From the human T2T-CHM13v2.0 reference genome, Homo sapiens, in assembly GCF_009914755.1 (NCBI RefSeq), contig NC_060926.1: DNA of 64,000 bases. One strand, 5' to 3'. The position numbers and the translations under genes were made by a program. The notes beneath the pieces were generated by a model that did no database searches, was not told where the DNA came from, and saw only the letters and a program-made list of their open reading frames with translations. This document shows, piece by piece, positions 40,330 through 54,660 of this stretch (positions are counted from its first letter, which is position 1; each line of letters begins with the position of its first letter).

Positions 40330-40590
40330 GCCAGGTATTTGGCAGCACTTTGGCAGGACGAGGTAGACAGATCACTTGTGCTCAGGAGTTGGAGACCAGC
40401 CTGGGCAACACAGCAAAACCCTGTCTCTAAAAAAAATACAAAAAATTAGCTGGGTATAATTCCAGCTTCATGGGAGGCTGAGGTGGGAGGATCGCTTGGG
40501 AGGCAGAGGTTGCAGTAAGCAAAGGTTGCACCACTGCCCTCCAGCCTGGATGACAGAGTGAAACTGTCTAAAAAAAATAAAATAGAAAAT
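40330..40590 (+). mobile_element. AluJ-like element with several internal deletions
   Basis: cagcactttggcagg...gctcaggagttggagaccagcctgggcaaca...gaggtgggaggatcgctt. Confidence 0.88.
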
Positions 40591-41020
40591 AGTTTCTATG
40601 CCACCAATACAATATAATTCCAAATTTGACTATATATTTACTTTTACCAATAAGGTTTATACATTTACATCTTTTTATGTTGTTAATTAATGTGCTTTCA
40701 TTTCAGCTTGAAGAACTCCCTTTAGTATTTCTTGTATGGCAGATATTGTAGTGATGAACTCCCTCGATTTTGTTTGCTGAAGTTTCTTCTTGATTTTTGA
40801 AGGACAATTTTTTTCTCGCTGTAGTATTCTTAGACGAAAATTTTTTTTCTTTCAATATTTTGAATTTATCATTTAATTCTCTCCTGGCCTGCAGGGTTGA
40901 GAAATCCACTGATAGTTTTTTGGAGGCTCCCTCATTATGTGATGAGTTGCTTTTCTCTGGCTGCTTTCCAAATCCTTTATATTTGACTTTTGTCAGTTTC
41001 GGTAGACCTATTCAGTTTTA

Positions 41021-41474
<454 letters not shown>

Positions 41475-41970
41475 TTAACTTGATGATGTCCTATAAATTA
41501 TGTAGGCTTTCTTCACTTCTTTTCATTATTTTCTTTTTGCTCTCCTGACTGGATAATTTCCAATGACTTCTTAAATTTCACTGACTCTTTCTTCTGCTTC
41601 ATTAAGTCTGTTGAAGCTCTCTATTGAATTTTAGTCATTGCTCTAGGATTTATTTTTGATTTTTTGATGCTTTCTAGTTGTTCATCTGTGTTTTCTTATA
41701 GTTCAGTGAACTCCTTTCTGAGCATTATTCTGAATTCCTTGTCAGTCAGTTCATGCATCTTCATTTACTTAGCATCAGTTATTGGAGCTTTATTAGTTTC
41801 CTTTGGTGGTGTCATGTTTCCCTGATTCATCATAATTGGTGTATCCTTACATGGGTGTCTGCATTCAAGGAAGCAGTCACCTCTTCCAGCCTTGACAGGT
41901 TTGCTTCAGCAGGGAAGGACCTTCACTAGTCAGCCCAGCCTGGAGTTCTGAATGAACCAACTGATAGTGT

Positions 41971-42010
41971 CTGAAGGTAGGGAAAGCTTGCTGAAGGTAG
42001 GGAAGGCTTG
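41971..42010. repeat. 20-bp tandem duplication in the L1 5'UTR
   Basis: ctgaaggtagggaaagcttg / ctgaaggtagggaaggcttg. Confidence 0.9.
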
Positions 42011-43595
42011 TTGAGCAAAGTAACTGTCCCATGCTTTGAGGTCTGGTGGTACTACTGGCTGGGCCCCACAGTCAGATGGGTCCACTAGATGGACTTCATG
42101 TTAGAGCAGGACTCAGGGAGAGATACTGGATTGCATCTTCAATTTCCCCTGGTCAGGTGGTGCTTCAGTCTATGTTTCCCGGCCAGATGGTGCCACTGGC
42201 TTGGCTCCATATTGAGGTGGGGTCTCAGGCTGTGCTCTGTGATTGGGTGGGGCTGCACGCTGTGCGTAGCAGTTGGTTGGGATCACAGTTGGGTGGAGCT
42301 TCTGCCTTGGCCCCCTGGGCAGGCAAAACCACAGGTTGGGCTCTGCAGCCAGGTGAGGCTGTTGGCTTGATTTCCCTGACTGCGTGGGACTTCTGGCTGT
42401 ACTTAGTGGCCAAACTGAACCACTGGCTCAGGACCCCAGCTGGGCAGAACTGCTGACCATGCTCCCTGGCTAGATGGGGTCACTGGCTTGGTTTTGCAGG
42501 TGGGCGGGCTCTCTGGTCAGTCAAGGTCACCAGCTGGGATGCAGTGCCACCACCAAGATCAATGTACTGGTTACTACGAGTCATGCCCTCCTTCTCTGTC
42601 CCTAGCTAATCCCAGGTGGTCTATCCCTGCCAATTTCTGCAGTGCTCTCCATAAGGTGAAGTGGGCCTCCTGGCAAGTGCCTCTGAATGTTGAAGAAGCT
42701 GAATATCTATCTTGGACTCTCTTTTTCCCATTGGGGAAACCAGAGGCCCAAGAGAACCTGTTGACGTGGCACTGTGCTAGCCTGAGAGACTAGCACAAGG
42801 TGCTAGCTCAAGGTGAGACTGTTACTCTTACTTTTTTAATGTGGGTTTTCTGTTTTGTACTCCGAAAGGGTGCTTTGGGCCTCATCCTTGGGTTCTGAAA
42901 TTTTCACAAAGGCATTCTTGTATGTGGATAGTTGTTAGTCATATTTCTGTGAAGGGGACTAAAACTGAGCATCTTCTATTCTGCCATTTTGCTCCTACTG
43001 TTTCTTCATAATGGGTACATGAAGCACATAAAACTTAAATAGAAACAACAACAATGGTTGATTATTTTGCCTTTGGAAAATACTATTTTGATGGGAAAAA
43101 ATAGTTTCTTATTTACCATATGCTAATATTGGTCACATTAGCTCCAGGAAAGCAAGGTAATATGTTGAATATTCTGATATTATAGATGGGATAAAACAGA
43201 CAAAAGGCTAAGAAATGAATGAAAACATACTAGTTATGTTGGTGGCTATAAATTTTTGTGCCGTTTTTGTTATACTGGAGAATTATTTTTAACTCTCTTA
43301 TTTATACTATGTACCACCATTTTGTTCTTATAAAGCACAACTCAAAACTTCTTCAAAGCCTTACAACATGCCGCAGAATAATGTGTCACTGTTGCGTTGC
43401 TTATGAATGTTGAACACCTTGCAAAGGTTTTTATTTTAGAGAAATATTAGTCTTCAATTTCACATACCTGAAGTTAAAATGAATCACCCAATTTATGTCT
43501 GTTTTGACCTTATGATATATGTTGAATATTCACTAAAAAATCTCACTGGAGTTAGGCACACTTGCTTTATACAAAGCAAAATAAGACACATCTAA

Positions 43596-44120
<525 letters not shown>

Positions 44121-45754
44121 TAACTAATATACTGGGATACCATATCATTTCTTTATTCAGGAGATGTTGGTATTGAGGACAGGACCAGAAGGAAATCACA
44201 TAAAATCACTACTTCAAACTGGTCCTCTGAGGAAATCAAAATAGGACAATCCATTTCCATGGATTCCCAACTTCCAAAAGTATTCTAATTTTCCCAGACA
44301 TGGCTTTCTTATTTAAATTAAAGGCTCAGTTTCCTGTCTTCTTTTCCTGCCTAACTCCAGAAAACTTCTAAGGGAGCAAAGTAATAGAGGGCTCCAATTA
44401 TCTCTAGCACACTCTGGGAGCCTTTATAAGGGCAAAATACAATTCGTTCTACAGCAAAGCACCTCTAACACATGGTCTCTAAGAGAACTTTGATCATGTG
44501 CCTTCGATTTTTTTTTTTTTTTTTGCCTATCAGAAATATTCTATATTTCTTTTTTCCTGCAGAGTCAACACATAATATTAAACAGCCTGTCTGCAGTATC
44601 TAATTAACAAACTGACTGCAGATCACTTACAACATAAAATATTAAATCATCTAAAAAACTAATATTCTCCACACCTCATAAATTAAAATAACCAAGAGAC
44701 TGAAATGAAATAAAACCCTGATGCATATCGTTCTGGGCCTTTGCCCCCCAAAGAGGCTCTATTCCTTGAAGCATTTAACCATTTCAAAGAAAAAAAATAT
44801 ATATGCACACACACAGAGAGACACGCACACATACATGTATATCAAGCAATTTCAAAATGCTTTCTAGCGCCAGTTTATACTTCATCACAGCAACTCTAAC
44901 TTGAGACCTCAGCCTGTACTTCTCTTGATCTTTTGCTTCACAAATCATTTTAAGTTCAGATATGGAGCTCATCAGTTATGTGTCTTTTCATTATAATTGC
45001 AATGCAGTCTTGGAGCTCAGTTCTGTTCCCATTGGCTCAATGGTCATCATTTATCTGCTTTGTATATTTAGGACATTATTTAACAGAAGCAGCAATCTGT
45101 TTGAAGAATTCAAGGGCCATTTGATATTAACACAGAGAATGATTAATCAAAGAGCATTTGGTCCTAAAGTATCAAGAGGAGCTGAGGTCATTAGCAGGGC
45201 AAAACCAGGAAGCAAGCTTTGACTAAGAAAATGAGATGGGCCAATACTTTGAGGATTTAAAATATAAATAAATAAGAAGGTTATGGTCATTCATTTCTGG
45301 AGCTTTTACTTTAAAGGATGACTGCTTTAAGAGATCTGAAAAAATATTACATTATTTCTTAAGATAGAGATTATTTTCTTTACAGTGAAATATGAAACTA
45401 TTTGCATCCAGATAATAGCTGAACCCATCAGTGTCTCTAGTAATAATTATTTCTTAATACTGGAATATTTCAATTATTACATATTGTAAATGAGAAATAT
45501 CAACAGATGCAGAGCTGAGCATTGGATATGAGACAGAGCTGGACTAATTAAAACTGTTACCCTAGTGAGACTTCTCTGGCGCTCCAAGGTAAGGCCTTCT
45601 CTGCCAAAGAGACAGCGGTTTAATGTAATTATCCATTCCAAATTAGTTCAATTTTCTACATTTTTTTGTCAGTCATATCCATCAAGCATTTGCCCCATTG
45701 TATATTAGGGAAAATGGGAATGAACACCCCAAGAACAGTAAGAAAAAGCAATTA

Positions 45755-46590
45755 TCTTAAATAGGGGTTTCCTCCAAATGTATCCTGAATTTGTATCCTA
45801 TATTTGTTTTTACTGCTGCTGTGATGAATTGCCACAAACTTCGGCTTAAAACCACGCACATTATTATTCCACATTTCTACAGATCAGAAGTTCTCCATAT
45901 ATCTCATTGGGCTAGAATCAAGGTGTCATTAGGGTGCCATTAGGAGATTCCAGGACAAGCCCTGCCTCTTTTCCTGCCTCTAGAGGTCGTCCACTTCCTT
46001 GGCTCATGGCCCCTTATTCTATCATCAAAGGTGGCAAGATCAGGCCAAGACCTTCTCACAGTGCCATCTCTCTGGTCATCTCTTCCAATTCCCTCTTCTA
46101 CTTTTACAGGGACCCTTGTGATTACATTGGACCCACCTAATAATCCAGGAAAATCTCTTTATTTAGAGGTCAGTGGATTAACAACCTTTATTACATCTGT
46201 ACCTCTGCAACCTTAATTCACCTTTGCCACATAACCTACCATGTCCACAGGTTCTGAAGATTAGGATATAGACTATTTTAGGGGAGGAAGGGTGGGCATT
46301 ACTCTGCATACTAAACCAGGATTGGGGTGTATTTTATTTAAGATGTGATCCCAGGAAGGACTACGAGGGAATTAAGAAGTGAGACAGGGAAGGAAGAAAA
46401 GCAAATAAAAGGTGTGTTATGAACAAGCTACCGTTGCGGGCAATTGGCGTTCATATCTTCTGGGAACCATTAAGCGAATGTGTGGAACATGTCTTAGAAC
46501 TGTACCCTGAGTAGTGAGAAAGCTAGGGTATTTATCCACCTACTTCCATTTCTTATTACTTCAAGGTGTTCCAGGAGTATTAACTCTCTC
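45755..46590 (-). mobile_element. LTR33-like ERVL LTR, interrupted by MLT1D
   Basis: gtgatcccaggaag...gaagtgagacagggaaggaagaaaagcaaataaaaggtgtgttat...agctagggtatttatccacc. Confidence 0.75.
45799..46314 (-). mobile_element. MLT1D-type MaLR solo LTR
   Basis: ctgctgtgatgaattgccacaaactt...gacccttgtgattacattggacccacc...taatccagga...cacaggttctgaagattagga. Confidence 0.85.
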
Positions 46591-47477
46591 ATTGCAGTTA
46601 CCTCTTTCATAGTGTTAGAAAAGATAACTGCAAGTAGATCTAATTTGCATCATTCTTATAGGACTTCATCCCAGAAGACAATATCCAGGTATTAAAACTT
46701 ATTAGATACTTTGGCATTAGTTGGGTCATATGGATATCCTTGAACCAGTCAGCATGGACAGAGGGATCACCTGTCATGATTGGTTAGGCCTGAAACTTGT
46801 CCCATCAAGCACGTGATGAATGGCCCCCGTAGCATCACACGGGATGGAGGTAGAGCAGTTCTCCAAGGGAAAAATGAAAGAAACAACAATCAGTGGTTTC
46901 TGGAAGAATGAAAGAATCTATAGAGGGCCCACAGAGGCCAATATCAAAGAACAGGCTTTGGGGTTCACCACTGCAGCAAGCCCCTCCAGCACACAGAGGT
47001 CCCACCTCATAATCACAAGTCTGAAAAGACAAGCAACATGGTGAAGGAAAGGAAGAAAGCAAAACCACCAGAGACCTACATTATCACAACTCCAGGGCTG
47101 GGGTTCTCTGGAGTGAGAAAAGCCAGGCCGTGGACCATCCTTGATATCCTGCTTTAAACTGGATTCTAGAAGTTTACAGAGTGAGGCTGCCCTAGAAGAT
47201 GGTGATATAAAAGAAAAATACTCGAGAAAGGGCAAGAAAAGAATGAGTCATGGAAAAGAAAGAAAAAAATAAGCAAAAGATACATTAGCACAAGGATATA
47301 TTAAGGGAAATAAAGAGAAGCATAAACAATGGAAATTTAGGACAACTTGGAATAGAAACAAGTTTTTGAAAAGTAGAAGTTGGGCATAAAATTAGTAGGA
47401 CATCATAGAATAATTGCATCAGTTAGAGATAAGTCTAGTATTTTGATGAGTGGGTACCTGTTAGGCTTTGTATTAAG

Positions 47478-47478
<1 letters not shown>

Positions 47479-47526
<48 letters not shown>
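47479..47526. repeat. (TATC)12 tetranucleotide STR
   Basis: 12 uninterrupted TATC units. Confidence 0.97.
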
Positions 47527-47994
47527 ATCTTCTAATCTGGACCTTCCAGGGTTAGAGCTTGTCTTTGGATGATAATGCAACTAAAATTCAAATTTGACTC
47601 CTACTGCTTTGGAAAAATGTCTCTTATTTTGCAAACATTTTTGAAAACGTTGCAAAGGGGAAATTTTATAACACAATGAAAAGACTCCTAAAAAATTCTT
47701 CTTTACCCATTTCTCTTCCTAAAGCTCCATACTTTCCCTCAGTCGCTCTGTCTCCACCATTGCACCCATGCCACTCCCCGCCCCCAAATTTCAGTCCCTA
47801 TGGGACCACTACTTAGTCTTTCACATCTTCTCCCACTTTTTGGGTATTGTTTTCCTCCCTATGTAGCTCCTTGCCCTTAATTCACTCAGTTGAACCCGGA
47901 GCCAAGCAGCAGTATACAGAAGCCTCTCAGGAAGGCAGAGAGGAGACACTCCCATACTTACACCATCACATGCTTGGCTCTGCCCCTCATGTAT

Positions 47995-48120
47995 TCTCTC
48001 GCTTAATCCCAACAACAGACTGAGAAGGTAGGTATGATACCCATCATTCGATAGATGAGGCAACTGAGGTTTAAACCCAAAGCTGGCTGATTCCAAAGTC
48101 TGTGCTCTTAAGTACACTAT
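47995..48120 (-). mobile_element. MIR fragment
   Basis: gtaggtatgatacccatcattcgatagatgaggcaactgaggttta. Confidence 0.65.
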
Positions 48121-48129
48121 GCTATATAT

Positions 48130-48337
48130 CAGTGGTTGTCAGACTTTTTGGCATGAATTAAAAGTCATTGAAGGATATTTTTCAAATATGAGGATTCCAA
48201 GTTCCTACCCTAGAGTTTCTAATTTTGTTGTATTTCAGTGGGGCTCAGGAATCTGTGTGTTTAACCAGCACTTAGGTGACTCCAGTGCAGATAATTCTAA
48301 TGCAGGTCAGACCCAGAACACACCTTGAGAAACACTG
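48130..48337. mobile_element. MER5A-type hAT element
   Basis: cagtggttgtcagactt...gtggggctcaggaatctgtgtgtttaaccagc...ttgagaaacactg. Confidence 0.8.
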
Positions 48338-49184
48338 CTAATAAATCCTTCTATGGGGAAGATCACTGGGAACTGATGTAAGACTGAACTATCATATGCA
48401 TACAGGGTTATATTTTTAAAGTACAGCATGTGCTACTACTTCCCACAGATGTATGGATTTTATGTGTTTGAATTCTACATAACCACTGTGGTCTCTATTG
48501 GTTTTGGACACAGTGCATTAGTAAACATAATATTATTTAAACTTTCACACTATGAGAAAAGATTTCAGTCCCTTTGCTATAATTCAGAAATAATATAAAG
48601 GTGTATCCCATGGTGTTTCAGGTTTAGAAGCCATTATAAAAAGCCATTTGTGGTCTCTGACAGTAACTTTAATTAAGAACAGTGCTTCTTCTCTAGTGGA
48701 AATTTTTTGGGGAAAAAAGAGAAAATGAAAGAAAGTGCAGCTAAGTTACAACCTTCAGAGGTTAATTTCTCAGAATGATTTTGTTTCTAAGTTGATATTC
48801 ATTTGGGGAAATTATTCATCTTTCAAAAGCAGCGTAGGGTCATACTCTCTCAGAAACAGAGATCAGTGGTTCCAGAGGGTTCTCGGAGTTGACTCAAAGT
48901 GAACAGGAAGACCCTTGGCAAGGCTGGAGCTGGAGGTTGCTGGAGTGAGGAGGGTCTTGAGAGGAAAATTCCCTGTGTCACAATTTTGCCTTTGTCTTCA
49001 TTCAGCCTTCTCTGGGCTTTGGGTGGGAAACAAGTAGGACTGACTGTTTATAGGGCTGCCTTCCGTTAACGCTGTGAAAAGACCAGTGAGGGGCTCTGAT
49101 TCTTTTTCATCTCCAACATTTACCGTTTACTTTGATGAATCCTTCTTCCCCACTGCCCCCCACACTGCCTGCCTCCATGACAGT

Positions 49185-49720
49185 AATGGAGTGTTATGGG
49201 TAAAGACTTTGGAGCCAGACATGTGGGTTTAAATCTTCAGTTCCTCCTCTATAACACGGAAGTGGTAACTCATTGGATTTCGGTGAAAAACTAAATATAT
49301 GTCAAGTCCTTAGCAGTGTCCAAAATATTGAAAATGGCTCTATGAATGTTAGCTATAATAAGGTTAAATTATAACTTAAAGTAAAATTTGCTATATGCCA
49401 TTAAATGCCACAAAATGTGCAATCTTTATTCAACACATACGTGAGGAACACCTACCCTGGCCAGATTGTGGAGCCCAACAGTGAATTAGTCAGACATGTC
49501 CCTGCCCCGGAAAACTTACATTCTAGGGAGGAAAACAGATATTAATAAAATACTGAGCACATTTTGGTAAGTTAATATTCTCCCCAGTTGATAAGGAAAC
49601 ACGAGCTCAAAGAAGTTAAGGAACTTAGCAAAAATTCAAGCCCTGTATACAGCAAATCAGAGATTAGAATACAATTCTGCCTGACTCCCTAATTCATATT
49701 TCATCTACCACCATGTGGCT
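49185..49720. mobile_element. Cluster of MIR, L2 and MIR fragments
   Basis: gactttggagccagac (MIR +); gacatgtccctgccccggaaaacttacattctag (L2 -); gataaggaaacacgagctcaaagaagttaag (MIR -). Confidence 0.6.
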
Positions 49721-50514
49721 TCAGCAATAGAGGATTTATCTTCTGTAGGTTTAAATGCCTTCCCCATCTCTACCACCACGAAAGGGCCTGATTGCATTCT
49801 TTATACTGTGTGTGTAAACAATTTCTCACAGACTGGGAGCTGAGAAAATTAGGATTTATTTAATGTTTGGGAAATGTAAAGGTAAAGAGAAACCTTTGAT
49901 TCATGTAATGTTTTGGTTTAGTTGCTCAAACCCTAAATTTAAAAAAAAACAACCACAAAAATCAGAGACTGGGGAGGAGCAAAGGTCTTAAAACATTCTT
50001 CAGGTATTTTTAGTTACAGCTCAGAAAGCCATAAAGAAAAAGTTATAAATAAAAGTGCTTGATCCTGCACAGTACTCATTTACTAGGAAGACGCTATATT
50101 ATGCAAAAGCATACTTGAATGCTATTCAGTGAAACAGGTAGAAATAAGCTTTGACATATATCACAGCACATGGCTAAATCTGGTGTGGAAAAACCCCACA
50201 GCATTGCCATCACAATGAAATAAATTATTCTTTTTATTTTTTCAGTTTTCCTGATTTAAGCCTTATAGTTGTTTCTGTGAAGTTTTACAACTTTCTTCTG
50301 CAACCAACCCTTCTAAGGAAGTTGAGGATTTCTTCTCTCTGTTTTTCCCTCATCATCTTCTAATGATAATATAGAGATCAAAACTCAAGTGGTAAAAAGG
50401 AGGTAAGAAGAGAAAGTAGGAGATGAGTAGAATATGCGAGAATGAACTAATTAACTACATCAAAAGGGTGGGGCTGAAGACACTTTCATTCACCCAGTCT
50501 TCCAAAGCTATTTG

Positions 50515-50803
<289 letters not shown>

Positions 50804-51111
50804 CTCCAAAGCCATTTGTTTTGTTTTGTTTGTTTTGCTAAACAAAGAGTTTAGCAAAAAGGACCAGAATATAACAGCCAAATCTAAATTTTTTTTAAAA
50901 AATACTAGTAACAAATCAATAGCTCTTATTAGGAAAGTCGATAAATGTCAGCCAGGCTCACAGTGACTAGGACAGAGTTAATGAACTTACTGTCCATCCA
51001 AAGGGTCATCCAGAGCCTTACTGTCCTCACACTCAGCTCTATATGCGAGGTGCTTGACAGACAACATCTGGTTAGTTAAAATAAATAATTTTAATTTCTT
51101 ATAGATTTAAT

Positions 51112-51228
51112 CAGAGACTGGGTCTCGCTATGTTGCCCAGCTGTTCTCGAACTCCTGGCCTCAAGTGATCCTCTCATCTCAGCCTCCCAAAGTCCTGTCA
51201 TTACAGAGACGAGCCACCGTACCTGGCT
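51112..51228 (-). mobile_element. FLAM (free left Alu monomer)
   Basis: gagactgggtctcgctatgttgcccag...ctcaagtgatcctctcatctcagcctcccaaagt. Confidence 0.8.
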
Positions 51229-52014
51229 ATTACTTAAATAGTAAATTCATTTGGCATTGCCATTTGGTGCTGATGACCCTCTTCAGAGTCTCCCCAGTAT
51301 CTGCCAAGTTTCCAGACAAAGTCACAATCACAAGGGCATACTCTGAAGAGGCTGTTTATTCGGTACAGATCTTGTGTATTTTTAATCACAACAATTTTCC
51401 TTTTATAAAGAAATCTCATTTGACCTCTAAATAGGCCATCATACATTTTATATTTTCTCTGAATTTCTTCTTGGGTTGGGATCCGAATAGTTTTCATCAA
51501 GGGTGGATTGCAGTCTTCCTAGGTACATCTTTTTTTTTTTTTTTTTTTTTTTTTTCTTTCAGAAGAGGGTTTACTAATTTTATCAGGTTCTTAAAGAGGT
51601 CTGGGAACAAAATAAGGTTTAAGGTTTAGGATTATTGGTTTTCCAGTCTCTAATTCTTACCTGTTACCTCTAAGTCCACTCACTATCTTGATCCTTAACT
51701 GCTTCCCCTCTTGGAAGCATCTTTGGTCCTTATAGGTTAGTACAGGTTTTTTTCTAGATTTCTGATCACCACCAATCAGAAAATATTTATAAATTATATG
51801 CTGAAAGATCTGCAGAATCTTGCAAGCTTTAAAGACTATAGAATGAAATACTCAAATGCTGTATTCTTTTCTCATGTCTGATGAAGATACCTGTGCCATG
51901 TATTTTTTAAAATCAAAGTTAAGCCTGCGCAGTTGGGTTCAGTTTAGCTACATGAATTGTTCTAACCCTCATGTTGAAGTCAAATGGTTTCTTCAATGCA
52001 TTTTTTTTCTGATA

Positions 52015-52210
52015 AAGAATAAAATAGTGTATATTTTGTAATACCTAGAAAAGAAGTTTTAAAATGTTCTCAACACAAAGAAATGATAAAAATTTAAGGT
52101 TTAGATATCCTAAATGCCCTGATTTGATCATTACACATTGTATACATGTATGAAAGTATCACATGTACACCAAAAATATGTACAATTATTATTTATCAAT
52201 TAAAAATATT
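52015..52210 (+). mobile_element. L1MA-type 3' end
   Basis: aatgttctcaacacaaagaaatgataaa...cctgatttgatcattacacattgtatacatgta...tatcaattaaaaa. Confidence 0.88.
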
Positions 52211-54069
52211 TTTTAAGAAGGCAATGAGGTCTTCTTATTTTTCCTTGTAGCCTCAGTATTGACTATGACCACTGAGAAAGCCAAAATCCCCACTCATTCA
52301 CGGAATGTGGGGGTGGGACCAACCCCCCGAGAATTTCCCTAATCTTCCTCCAGGTGTCAGCACAGGCCCACTCATCTTCCCTCCCACCCCACCCCCTCCT
52401 GTCCATTCATAAAGTGGAGGGTGATTTGTGGTCTGCCTCACTGTGATTGTAGAGGAAAACAGCCATCTTTGCTTGTCTCTGCACTAGATTTGTTTTTCTA
52501 ATTTCTTTTTACTTGAAGGTTTACCAGCTGCTTTATTACCAGAGCGAGGCTTCCTTGCAGTCTCTTTTCTTTTTCCTCTCCCCCTCTGTTCCCCTCCTTT
52601 TTGTTCCTAGAGACAATCAGTGTCTCTGGTCCCAGCTGCCACTGCTGATTTTTCATTACAGTTTAATTTAAAACTGGGATTGGAATGGAAATGTCTTTTT
52701 GCCATTTGGGGTTTGTGAGGCCTGTGGTTTTATTGCCAAAGGCACAAATGTTAGTTACTACTGTTTTTCCAGAGTTTGCTGGGGAGGGTGAAGGGGTATA
52801 GGAGAGTAGGAGGGAAGAAAGACAGACTGACCTAGTGGAAGTGGGAGGGAAACTGGAGGGGGAAATCCCTCTTTCGGAAGGCAACTTTATTCTGCGAATT
52901 GTTTTGTTTGATGTTTTGAAGAATACGAGTTGGGTCACGAGGAGGGAGAAATGGCGTAGGATCTCCCCAAATGTGTATTTATGTAGGCTAAATATTTGTC
53001 AGCCCTGGAAATGAGATGGCTGAGGGAGGGACGATCACACAGACACAATTTGGAACTAGCACCAATGTAGAGAAAATGGTTTTCTTTTTAAGTAATAGTA
53101 ACGTCTGTGGCTGATTCACTTGACCACAGCCGTAAATGGGAATACCCAAGGAAGGACTAAACGGTATCTAACCTCAGAGGAAACAAGCTCTACATGTTTC
53201 TATGCTCTCACCTAAAAGGAGACATCAGGCATCTATCTGCACTAGCTTCTGTGTTCTCTCTCCTTTTATATTTCTTGGACTCAAGTCCTAGGATTTATTT
53301 ACAAGCCTCCCTCCAGTCGTATCCCAGTCCAGCTACACAATTAATGTTTCCTATAATCTCTTAGAAGGTTCTTAGTGAATGATTGTTTTGATCAGATTAA
53401 AACTAAACAGTCTGCTAAAATTGATGATGTTTTTACCTATCTAAGTGTAAAATTAAGAAGGAAGGACATTCTTATTTGAAAGTAATCATGCAGCAGGCGG
53501 TGGAGAGAAGCTGAGGCATTTGCACACCTTGATTTCAATATTTAGCACTGACATTGGAGGCAGTTGTTTCCTGGTTGGGGAGGAATCTACAGAAACCGGA
53601 ATGTCTTATCTGTCTTGCTAAAAACAATTACTGTCTCTCCTCCCAGCAAGAATCCCGCTCCTCCTGGATACACCAGTTTTGGATGTCAAACCGAATGCTC
53701 CATTATCTCTACAGATCGCGCTGACTCTTCACACTGTGGAACATTTCAACCTCCTCTCCAACTGGCCTCAGGCGGCTGTCAGACTGGTGAACTTGTCTGG
53801 GGTAAACACATCTCCCTGTCACAGAGCAGCCCAAAGACTCAGCGTGCTTTGCGGGTGCTTAAGGCCTTGTGCTGCCAGTCTGCACATTTTGTGTGCTCTT
53901 GGTTAATCGGGACATTTTATCCAAAAGCACATTTCGGCCAGGCTTCCTCTCCTGCAGACTCACCCCCATCCACTCCTTCCCCACCTGTCTAGGGTGTTCT
54001 GTTTCCCTGCTGCAGGGCGGAGGGCAGCGGTCCAGGAGCCCCACAATCATCCCCAGTTTCCAAAACTGT

Positions 54070-54660
54070 TGTGGTTGCCTTTGCAGTTCACACGGACATT
54101 CTAGTGGTTGGAATTTGCTCACAGAAGACATTCTACTAATAACAGGGGAGATAGTTCTCATTTGTCTAGTTCAGAGTTCATAGCACACAAAGGGGGAAAG
54201 AAAATAATAATAATGGAAACCGTTTTAACCCCACCAGCTGCCCCGCCTCCATCACAACAACAGAAACAAGAACAACAACGACAACTCCCTCACCCTGTGC
54301 CCTGTGTGGTTAACTCCAACACAACCACAGCCCCCGTGCCGGAAGCTGTGTGTGGCTGAACGTCCCGATGTGATACTGAAATATGTGTAGAGGAAATGCC
54401 TCTTCTGACCCCTCAGTGAAGCTTGAAACTTGAAGGAGCTGATTGACATTTGAAGAAAGCAGCTATTTTTGTGTGTGTGCAATTTTCCCGGATGAAGAAA
54501 ATTGTCCAGCTCTCCCTCTCCGTTGCTCAGCCCTCCCCCAGAGGCTACATCTCATACCAAGCAGTGGGCTCTAAGGGCAGGTCTGCTTGTGCTGTGAGGA
54601 CACAGGTGATGTCTTTAAGGACCTTCTTTCCTGCTCCAGTATACCACATGTTGTGGTCAG
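54070..54660. promoter_or_regulatory. Candidate enhancer or promoter (RUNX, ETS, GC-box, E-box cluster)
   Basis: TGTGGT/ACCACA at 54070, 54305, 54324, 54643 and 54652; ccggaag 54339; ccccgcctcc 54241; cagctg 54235; locally retained CpGs; no recognisable repeat. Confidence 0.45.

Noticed and set aside
42046-42793. 136-aa and 101-aa ORFs in a GC-richer patch
   Set aside because: Antisense to a decayed L1 5'UTR; no recognisable domain
46748-46766. RE1/REST-like tcagca..ggacag
   Set aside because: Left half-site is incomplete and the spacing is wrong
51530-51555. T26 run as a possible retrocopy tail
   Set aside because: No TSD or attached mRNA/SINE body is visible; it seems to be an expanded T tract inside a decayed hAT-like fragment
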